From Candidatus Heimdallarchaeota archaeon (GTDB lineage Archaea; Asgardarchaeota; Heimdallarchaeia; Heimdallarchaeales; Kariarchaeaceae): a stretch of 32,000 nt of DNA. The translations under genes were made by a program, and so were the position numbers. The stretch covers positions 540,001 to 572,000 of the forward strand of contig JASBSB010000007.1 in the NCBI GenBank assembly GCA_030149205.1, given 5' to 3'. Each line of letters begins with the position of its first letter. Positions within the stretch are counted from its first letter, which is position 1. The notes under the pieces are model-generated. The model was not told the origin of the DNA. It ran no database searches and saw only the letters and a program-made list of their open reading frames with translations. Below are positions 24,775-32,000 of this stretch, piece by piece.

Positions 24775-26599
24775 CAAAAAATTTGAATTTAGAGCTTTTG
24801 CGTAAAATAATTAGAGCTAACACCATGGGCATAAATACATAAATTCCAGAATTGTTTTTAGATGTAGTTGGAATCCCTGTATTAGTGGCACTAGTCTTAG
24901 TGGCTGTTGATATATACTTCTTAACAAATGAAAGATCCTTAGTTGCAAAGGTCAAGTAAATTGCTTTGAAATAGAGTGCTGAGACATTGAATCTTCTTGC
25001 TTCAAATTCAGAATTTGCTAGTCCAAGTAATGAAAATGCCTGTTGAAAACTTGAATTATCCACAAATGTAGGTGAGATTTGATCTATCAGATTTTTATAA
25101 TAAAGGCTATAGAGTCTCCCAAGTTTGAAAAAATCATACTGGGAAAATCTGTTGCCGTTGGGAAAATACCCCATAATGCTGTCAACAAAATCAGAACCCC
25201 ACATATTATAAATGTTAAAAGGGTGGGGTAAACCCAAAGAATGACCAATCTCATGAGCCAGGACTTGTGACATCCCTCTGCTTTTGTTGATACCTTCATA
25301 AACTCGAGTTGGTTGGATCCCCTGTAATTGCCATCCCATTCCGCCTAATCCTGCAAACCTGAGGTCACCCCAACTAAATACAACCTTATCTAAGAGGAAA
25401 GTCAGACTTGGAAGGTTTGTGGTGTTTTTTTCATGCTGAATGAACAAGGGGAGAATGTTTGTTTCTAAGTAGGTTAAAAACCCCTTACTTACATCAAGCA
25501 GATATATATCTTCAGCAGGGATATAAGTCATAAAACTCTTCATCTCATTAACAAGGGTTCTGTAGTCAGAAAGATTGAACCATTGGGTTGATACATTAAA
25601 ATTCCACCAAGAGAAACTTTCAGATAGCAATTTCTGTATTCTTTTATCATGAACTACCCATTGAATGTCTGATTGGTTTGGATACAGTCTTGTCCAATTG
25701 TTAAAAATTATATTGTTCACTTGAATTGTATCTGAAGTGATCATCTGTCCCATCACAGGTTCACTAAATAGATTTTCCATATAAGTATTAATCACTCCAT
25801 TTATCCAGTTGTTAAACTCTGGGGAAGTAAAATTTGACCTGTTCCACACCCCCAACGGTCTGGTCAGTATGTTGTCATAATATCCATTTGATCCCCAAGC
25901 TGTGTTTATAAAATTCCCATACCATGTAACCGATGAGAGGTCCACAAACTGTAGGGGGTACTGTTGTATTCCACCCCATCCATTCGTTTGTCTCCCGAGA
26001 TTGAGACCTCCAGTTCCAGAAAAGAAAGAAGGGGTGAGTTTTTGAGTATCAATATCTTTTGGATACACATTAAACCAATGAGGGCCTGCTTTTGTTACAT
26101 CTGTCAGATTAAAGAGGAATAAGTTATAATCTGCTGTAGATATCTTTGTCTGAAACTTGTTATATAACCATTTTACAGTGTCAACAGCATTAAAGGACGT
26201 TCCTACCCTGGGAACAAAACTGTCATTTTTCAGACCTCCATTGAATGCAGTGGAGTTAAATGAGTAACCATTAGGTGTGCTAGTAGACTCATTTGCTACA
26301 AGTGCTTTAACTAAATCTTGATGATCTTTATCTGTAAAAGGTAAAATTTTTACTTGAAACTTATAATTTAATGTGAAACCCAAACCAGCTCTAGATCTAT
26401 CATATACTCGATTGTTATATGTCAGTAACCTGTTTTCAATGTTAATAGACGAGTCAAATTTGGAATCGACAAAAACATTCACCGTAATTGGGACGATTTT
26501 GTCAGCGATCGATGTTTGGTGATACATGGTGTCCCCCCCTACCCCCATTGTACTCAAAGTTAGTGAAAAAATGATAATTATGGTTATTTGAGTCCTCAT
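24767..26599 (-). CDS. Surface-anchored metzincin-type zinc metalloprotease
   Basis: Signal peptide, HEIGHSLGLPH (HExxHxxGxxH), Met-turn SIMGY, S/T-rich linker, C-terminal TM and basic tail RKSSKFK. Confidence 0.88.
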   Translation of the reverse strand: MRTQITIIIIFSLTLSTMGVGGDTMYHQTSIADKIVPITVNVFVDSKFDSSINIENRLLTYNNRVYDRSRAGLGFTLNYKFQVKILPFTDKDHQDLVKALVANESTSTPNGYSFNSTAFNGGLKNDSFVPRVGTSFNAVDTVKWLYNKFQTKISTADYNLFLFNLTDVTKAGPHWFNVYPKDIDTQKLTPSFFSGTGGLNLGRQTNGWGGIQQYPLQFVDLSSVTWYGNFINTAWGSNGYYDNILTRPLGVWNRSNFTSPEFNNWINGVINTYMENLFSEPVMGQMITSDTIQVNNIIFNNWTRLYPNQSDIQWVVHDKRIQKLLSESFSWWNFNVSTQWFNLSDYRTLVNEMKSFMTYIPAEDIYLLDVSKGFLTYLETNILPLFIQHEKNTTNLPSLTFLLDKVVFSWGDLRFAGLGGMGWQLQGIQPTRVYEGINKSRGMSQVLAHEIGHSLGLPHPFNIYNMWGSDFVDSIMGYFPNGNRFSQYDFFKLGRLYSLYYKNLIDQISPTFVDNSSFQQAFSLLGLANSEFEARRFNVSALYFKAIYLTFATKDLSFVKKYISTATKTSATNTGIPTTSKNNSGIYVFMPMVLALIILRKSSKFKFFVR

Positions 26600-26760
26600 A
26601 AAAAAATGATTCTTTTATAATTATTTTAACATTTCTCTTTTTTTAAATTAACTAATCTAACTCTTTTCAATTCCAGTTTAGTATACAGAGAATCCATAAT
26701 AACTATAAAACATCCAAATTATATAATAATATTTTTAGAGCTACGAAATAAATTAAACCA

Positions 26761-27816
26761 TTGAAAATTCTAGAAATAACTGAATCATTTCCAGATGCCC
26801 GGGTTGAAAAAACAATACAAAGTGAGCTAAAATTTGGTCATAAAGTGTCTGCACTAGGTATCAACCTTCATAAGAAAGAAGTTGTTCCTGATCAGCATGA
26901 GGTAAACGTAAGTACAAAAGAGATTGTTTTTAATACTAAAAAAGCAAATAAGAAAATTCAGGATAAAATCAAGGAGATCGATCCTGATCTGATACACGTC
27001 CATAATATCTTCTTTGCACAGTCGGTTGCTGAATTAAACTTCCCATTTATTTATAATGATCATGAAGCTTGGTCTCTTCAAGAAAGAGCAAATCACTCAT
27101 TAATTCTCCCTTGGAATAAAGAATTTTTGAAGAAAAAGTTTACTATGCCCTATCGGTACTTAAAGTTTAAACATTGGGAAAAGCGGATTTTTAAAAAGGC
27201 TAAGGCTGTCATTGTTGTTAACGTTAACCTGCAATCCATATATGAAACCAAGTGTAAAAATGTCATAACTATTCCGAACTGCCCACCCTTATCTGAGGTC
27301 AAACCAGTTTGGAAGAAAGCGTTAGAAAGTCAACGGGATTTTGATACAGTATATGTTGGAAATGATTTCAGAAAAAAATCTATGCCCATGCGTCAGAGCT
27401 TTGACGCGTACAAAGCCCTACAAAAGAGTAACCTTAAAGTTTTATTAGTTGGGGAAAAAATTGCAGGAAGAACAAAAAACTTTGAATCTGTAGGGTGGGT
27501 TGATCATTCTAAAATTTATGAATACTTGGTCAGAGCAAAAACAGGTTTGATACCATGGAAACACAATGATTTTCATAAGTACATCAACCCTAACAAATAT
27601 TATATGTATCTACACTCGGGAGCATTGCCCTTGCTTCCAATGGGGATGCAAACGCTCAATGATCCACTAAGTGTGAAAATCAATGACACAAAAAATATAG
27701 TTGAAATAATAAACCAAAATAAAAACTCTCATGAACCTGAAGATATGATCAAGATTGCAAAGATAGTGGGGATTTGGGAGAATTACGAAGATCAACTTAA
27801 AGATGTACTTTCCTAA
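26761..27816 (+). CDS. Glycosyltransferase, GT-B fold (GT4-like)
   Basis: IKEIDPDLIHVHN, YNDHE, AVIVVN, ITIPNCP, VYVG, VGWVDHSKIYEYL and GLIPW...NPNKYYMYLHSGALP (variant of PNKLFEYxAAGLP). TTG start. Confidence 0.8.
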   Translation: MKILEITESFPDARVEKTIQSELKFGHKVSALGINLHKKEVVPDQHEVNVSTKEIVFNTKKANKKIQDKIKEIDPDLIHVHNIFFAQSVAELNFPFIYNDHEAWSLQERANHSLILPWNKEFLKKKFTMPYRYLKFKHWEKRIFKKAKAVIVVNVNLQSIYETKCKNVITIPNCPPLSEVKPVWKKALESQRDFDTVYVGNDFRKKSMPMRQSFDAYKALQKSNLKVLLVGEKIAGRTKNFESVGWVDHSKIYEYLVRAKTGLIPWKHNDFHKYINPNKYYMYLHSGALPLLPMGMQTLNDPLSVKINDTKNIVEIINQNKNSHEPEDMIKIAKIVGIWENYEDQLKDVLS

Positions 27817-27981
27817 TCTCTTCTTTGCACAACAACCAGGCAAACAGAAAATGAATGTTGAAATTTAGGTTTGTTAAATCTTCCTAAAATTAATTAATTT
27901 ACAGGATATAACAACTGACGACCTAATTTAAAAGGTTTAATCATAATACTTTTATCCATAACCCAATTCGTAAATCATTGA

Positions 27982-28221
27982 ACATACAGCAGTTTACAAA
28001 AATCCTTATTGAACGACCTAGTAGTGGAAGATACCTATTACATTTCAGATAATGATTGGTCAATTAAATTTTTGAAATATGATAGAAGTCCAAAAGAGGC
28101 AGTTAAAAAGGATGAGAAGAAGGTTTATTTTCTCACTCACCCCGTATCATGGAATAATTCTTTGCTTAGAAGGCTTTCAATTAAAAACTACATTCGCTAT
28201 TGTGGTCAAGATAATGTCTAA
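27982..28221 (+). pseudogene. Possible C-terminal remnant of a polysaccharide-deacetylase-like glycan-locus gene
   Basis: Open frame from 27982 to 28221 with YYISDNDW and YFLTHPVSW, recalling the YxSDSxxxW / LxHPxxW end of NodB-like proteins found in glycan loci. No N-terminal domain and no ATG. Confidence 0.3.
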
Positions 28222-28235
28222 GGGTTTTGATCAGC

Positions 28236-28406
28236 TCAAATTAATAACTGTTCTATTGTTCTTTGATTTTTGAGGACTTCTAGCTCATAAATCAAATACT
28301 CAATTAGGCTTGACCGCTCATTTTCATCAAGACTTAGTGAGGTAAGCTCCTCCTTAACTATCTTAATAATATTGAGCATTGTAATAAATTTGTCTTTTTC
28401 GTTCAT
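28236..28406 (-). CDS. Small 56-aa helical hypothetical protein
   Basis: MNEKDKFITMLNIIKIVKEELTSLSLDENERSSLIEYLIYELEVLKNQRTIEQLLI has a protein-like amphipathic composition. The upstream 30 codons of the ORF-track call are AT-rich and unlikely. Confidence 0.45.
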   Translation of the reverse strand: MNEKDKFITMLNIIKIVKEELTSLSLDENERSSLIEYLIYELEVLKNQRTIEQLLI

Positions 28407-28470
28407 ACAAAATATATCCACATTGTTAATATAAAAAAATCTGAAACTCAGAGAGAATTGAAACTGAATT

Positions 28471-29043
28471 TTACGTGGTATATTCATATCTATCAACTAA
28501 TACAGACAAGATCTCTGCGGAATAATATGCATCGTCTACCGCACGATGTCCAACAAACTTATTTAATTCTTTTCCAGTAAGAAGTTTCCAAGCTTCCTTC
28601 AAACGTGGATACTTCAGTCCGTGATATCTATGCCTGATATTACATATTGGTGTGCAGAATTCCATGAGGCAGGGCTGGAGAATGATGCCCATTGATTCTA
28701 AGCTGAAAGGCTCATATCGAAGGAACTTACCTAGATCATAGGCAACATTATACATCGTCACTCTCTGTCCCGATAGCAGGGATTTTAACTCATTTACAAC
28801 TGTATTTATATCTGTGCCATTGTAAACATCACTTAGATCTAAGGATGAATGTTTAAATATCCAGGCATTTTTCTGTTCATCAGTTAGTTCTGCAGAATTG
28901 TACTTTATAACAGTATTATACTCTCTCTCAATTGCTCCAGTTTGGATATTATATGAGCATATACCCACTTCGAAAACCCTGTCTCGCGGAAAGCCATATA
29001 ATCCAGAAGTTTCTGTGTCAATCACATAAATTTTGTTGTTCAG
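28471..29043 (-). CDS. Stand-alone DEDDh 3'-5' exonuclease (DnaQ-like)
   Basis: ExoI IDTETSG, ExoII YNVAYD and ExoIII HRAVDDA. Frame extends to CTG 29043, 6 nt after AAGGGGGG; GTG 29025 is the alternative start. Confidence 0.88.
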   Translation of the reverse strand: MNNKIYVIDTETSGLYGFPRDRVFEVGICSYNIQTGAIEREYNTVIKYNSAELTDEQKNAWIFKHSSLDLSDVYNGTDINTVVNELKSLLSGQRVTMYNVAYDLGKFLRYEPFSLESMGIILQPCLMEFCTPICNIRHRYHGLKYPRLKEAWKLLTGKELNKFVGHRAVDDAYYSAEILSVLVDRYEYTT

Positions 29044-29180
29044 TATAATCCCCCCTTGGAGATAAAGTTTCTTCGGACTTCTAAGTTAAAATTGTTGCTT
29101 AATTTCAGTAGTAATTTAATAAATTTCTGAATATAATTAGATCATTATTAGAGAAATAGTGTAAAAAATGTGGGTTTATT

Positions 29181-29816
29181 TCACAGGGTGTTAAAGGCCC
29201 TGTCTCCTGCATCTCCAAGTCCTGGGACAATGTAGCCATGATCATTGAGGATGTCATCGACAGCTCCTGCATAAATTTCAATATCTGGAAAAGCCTTCTC
29301 CAGTCTCTGAATACCAAACTTTGCTGCAATAGCGCAAAGTATGATCACTTTCTTAGGTTTATTGGCCTTTATCTCAGCCATTGCAGAGAGTAAGGTAGAC
29401 GCTGATGCCAACATAGGGTCAACAAGGAATACAATGTGATTTTCAATTGGTGGTATCTTAGAATAATTTGTCAGGATCTCAAAATTCTTTCCATTTTCAT
29501 CTAACATCTTTCCCCTTGAAGCAGAAATAAGGCCAATATGGGAGGCAGGAAGCTCTTCTACAACCCCGTCAATCATTGGAAGCGCAGCTCTTAAAATACC
29601 CACAACGGTTATCTGATCCGCTAATTTGTTATAAGTCGCGACCCCTAGAGGTGTTGTGACCTGTTCGCTCTTGACATCAATGGATGTCACTGCTTCATAA
29701 ATCAAAAACCTTCCTAATTTGAATAGAAAGTAACGAAAATCCTGTGGAGGTGTATTTTTATCCCTCAACCTCGCCACTATAGTCGATGCCAGTGGATTTG
29801 ATAAAATTTTGTACAT
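29181..29816 (-). CDS. upp: Uracil phosphoribosyltransferase
   Basis: LRDKNT...FR, VTTPLG, GILRAALPM, DPMLASAST and GYIVPGLGDAGDRAF. Confidence 0.95.
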   Translation of the reverse strand: MYKILSNPLASTIVARLRDKNTPPQDFRYFLFKLGRFLIYEAVTSIDVKSEQVTTPLGVATYNKLADQITVVGILRAALPMIDGVVEELPASHIGLISASRGKMLDENGKNFEILTNYSKIPPIENHIVFLVDPMLASASTLLSAMAEIKANKPKKVIILCAIAAKFGIQRLEKAFPDIEIYAGAVDDILNDHGYIVPGLGDAGDRAFNTL

Positions 29817-29991
29817 TATGTCGTCTGTAAATTAAGGACTTTGAATATTTCTGTTGATTTTGTGGATAAATGTGTTTTAACTTTATTGATTTAAGGAAAG
29901 GCAAATTATCTGGTTTCCAGATCCCCATTCATAAGCTATACAAATAGAAATTACAACATCGTTGTACTTTTTAGATTTATATCTCACCTAT

Positions 29992-31365
29992 CTACTGTTC
30001 TGAAAGGTTCATGATCAATTTTGCAGTTGATACAACCCCAAATTTAAAAAAATTTAGATCCAAATTCTCATTAGGTGCGTGATTGTTTTCGTCTGGCAAA
30101 GCGTAAGGAACCAAAAAGCTTGGGATTTTGAGGTGTTCTGGAAACAGATAGATAGGAAGTGACCCCCCTAACCGTGGTACAATCAGGGGTTCCACTTCGA
30201 ATCCACTCCTCACAGCATCAACAATGATATTTAGGTAAGGTGAACTGAGTGTAGAATTAACCGCCTCCATTGGTTGTTCCCACTCTATGCTGAAACTTCC
30301 CTCTTTAATTTCGTGTTCTCTTTGCCAATTTGTGATAAAGGTCGAAATTAGTTCTTTCACCTCAGAAGACCTAAGATTTGGTACAAGCCTACAATCTATA
30401 CTTGCCGTCACTTCAGAGGGTATAATGGTTCTTCTATCTAATTCCACTCCACCACCTCTGATTCCATTGATATTGAAAGTGGGTAAAAATTGATTCATTT
30501 CCATCAAGCTTGCAGCTCTTATTGGTCTAGCCCTGTTGATACCTTTTTCCTCGATTATTTTGTCATAAATTTCTTTCAAATTCCTCAAAGCCTCCCTCTC
30601 CTTACTGGTGGGTGGCAAAACCTTATCGTAAAAACCATGTATCTTAGACTCACCATCTGGATTTATCATATCTGTTAAGAGGTCAAGCATAGTTCGAATA
30701 GATGATCTTGCCAAACCACCGAAATTACCTGAATGTATATCTTCCCTATTTAATTTCAATTTGATCTGAAATCCAAGAATTCCTCTGACTGATCCAACGA
30801 CGCTTGGCTTATCCATACTTAGAGAAGGGCCATCCGAAATATAGACAAAATCAGCATGAAGCAGGTCACCATGATTGGCAAAGAAGTGTGGGAGTGAGTA
30901 ACTCCCCACCTCTTCGTCACCATCTAAAACAAATTTTATGTTTATCTTATCAAAAACCTCAAGATATTTTTCATTCAGAAACCTAAGTGCTAAGATATGA
31001 GCATAATGTTGACCTTTGTTATCTGCTGACCCTCTCCCAAACAATTTGCCATTTTCGTCCCACGGAACAAATGGATCTTTTTTCCAAAGTGATAGATCAC
31101 CCTCAGGTTGTACATCATAATGACCATATACCAAAATAGTTGGGTTCTCAGGTGACGAAAGCCTTTCACCAAAAACCACAGGGTTCCCATTCGTCTCATA
31201 AAGCCTAGTCTTAAGATTACAACTCTCTAGTAATGATTTAGCATATTTAGCACATTCTAAGACTTCTTCTTTATGTTTGGATCGGCTTTTCAATTTGATA
31301 TATGTTTTTAATTCCTTTTTATATTCCGTTTTATCTATCCATTCAAGCACTTCTTGTCTAAGCAT
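29992..31365 (-). CDS. M20-family metallopeptidase (ArgE/DapE-like, dipeptidase type)
   Basis: LVYGHYDVQP, GRGSADNKGQ, DGDEEVGS, ISDG, HSGNFGG, GGSLP and NHAPNEN. Confidence 0.92.
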   Translation of the reverse strand: MLRQEVLEWIDKTEYKKELKTYIKLKSRSKHKEEVLECAKYAKSLLESCNLKTRLYETNGNPVVFGERLSSPENPTILVYGHYDVQPEGDLSLWKKDPFVPWDENGKLFGRGSADNKGQHYAHILALRFLNEKYLEVFDKINIKFVLDGDEEVGSYSLPHFFANHGDLLHADFVYISDGPSLSMDKPSVVGSVRGILGFQIKLKLNREDIHSGNFGGLARSSIRTMLDLLTDMINPDGESKIHGFYDKVLPPTSKEREALRNLKEIYDKIIEEKGINRARPIRAASLMEMNQFLPTFNINGIRGGGVELDRRTIIPSEVTASIDCRLVPNLRSSEVKELISTFITNWQREHEIKEGSFSIEWEQPMEAVNSTLSSPYLNIIVDAVRSGFEVEPLIVPRLGGSLPIYLFPEHLKIPSFLVPYALPDENNHAPNENLDLNFFKFGVVSTAKLIMNLSEQ

Positions 31366-31494
31366 ATACTCTCAGAGTAAGAGAATTTTATAATTCTTCT
31401 GCATTGGCTAATATTTGAAAAAAAATGCAAATTTAGAGAAAGAGAAACGGTTAAATACTGGCATAAAATACTAAACCATCATATAGGTGATACT

Positions 31495-31869
31495 ATGGAT
31501 GAGGAATGTTATTCAGATCATTTAGAATTTCCAGTAACAGATATTCTTGAAGCTAAGGAATTCTATTCAGAGGTTTTTGGATGGGGAGACAAGATGCAGG
31601 ACTGGGGAGATGAATATGTACTTGTAACGGTTAAACCTGACACCCCAAGTTTTGGAATTGGTCTGGTGAAAAAGATGCCTAAAGAGAAAAATCAGGTGAT
31701 AATAGTTATGCGAACACCAGATATTGAGGAGACCCTAAAGAGGGTTAAAAAAGCAGGTGGCAAGATCACTCGAGAAAAGTTTGAGATTGATCCGGAGGTT
31801 GGGCATGGTGCTTATTTTGAGGATATCTTCGGAAATGTCTGGGGGCTTCATTCACCCCCAAAACAATAA
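31495..31869 (+). CDS. VOC/glyoxalase-family protein
   Basis: HLEFPVTDILEAKEFYSEVFGW, DIEETLKRVKKAGG and AYFEDIFGNVWGL. Confidence 0.9.
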   Translation: MDEECYSDHLEFPVTDILEAKEFYSEVFGWGDKMQDWGDEYVLVTVKPDTPSFGIGLVKKMPKEKNQVIIVMRTPDIEETLKRVKKAGGKITREKFEIDPEVGHGAYFEDIFGNVWGLHSPPKQ

Positions 31870-32000
31870 GTGGTTGTCAACTATAGGAAATTATCAGAAA
31901 AATATGCCTTGATTAAGTGAGTTTAAAAATTCATCTTATCTCAGACTCGTAATGCTATCTGACGTCACAGAAGTTTGGAAACAAATTCAAATAAATTTTA

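Noticed and set aside
27887-27900. Perfect palindrome AAATTAATTAATTT
   Set aside because: It is A/T only and low complexity, so it is expected by chance in this background.
142-31199. About 25 short (60-116 aa) ORF-track calls lying antisense to or out of frame within long genes (e.g. 142-429, 4546-4830, 8422-8754, 14722-15027, 16304-16654, 29105-29329)
   Set aside because: They are shadow frames of well-supported CDS, with no motifs and atypical composition.
1-32000. CRISPR arrays, rRNA, transposases, long direct or terminal repeats
   Set aside because: None recognised by eye. A weak or degenerate repeat could have been missed without computation.

Overview
AT-rich (about one third GC by eye), gene-dense archaeal chromosome segment with about 31 CDS and one intron-containing tRNA. 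I found no rRNA, CRISPR array, IS element or integrase. Archaeal markers are an archaeal/eukaryotic-type TyrRS, an MJ1133-like UbiD decarboxylase of the modified mevalonate pathway, a Sulfolobus-like UPRT and a tRNA-Ile(GAU) with a 37/38 intron and no encoded CCA. A longin-fold protein, a typical-class LRR protein, TPR and HEAT-like solenoids and C-terminally anchored surface proteins point, by inference, to an Asgard archaeon, probably Heimdallarchaeia-like. Gene order: tldD (5' partial), pmbA/tldE, nadB, hypothetical, MTA/SAH deaminase, DtxR-family regulator, LRR, 8-TM protein, helical+longin protein, tyrS, 26-aa-repeat protein, UbiD/AMPD, TPR, two SAM methyltransferases flanking a membrane protein, menF-menD, YkgJ, nfo, tRNA-Ile, menG, membrane-anchored hypothetical, VOC, surface metzincin, GT4, a gene remnant, small ORF, DEDDh exonuclease, upp, M20 peptidase, VOC. 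The strongest leads are (1) a fungal AusD/Trt5-like methyltransferase directly upstream of classical menaquinone genes, (2) a coupled LRR / 8-TM / longin gene run, (3) a haloarchaeal/opisthokont-type TyrRS, (4) a TldD with HExxH instead of HExxxH, and (5) a 12-nt tRNA intron with a relaxed splice motif, in a tRNA whose antisense strand supplies the nfo stop codon. All family assignments come from motif recognition from memory; no database search was run.
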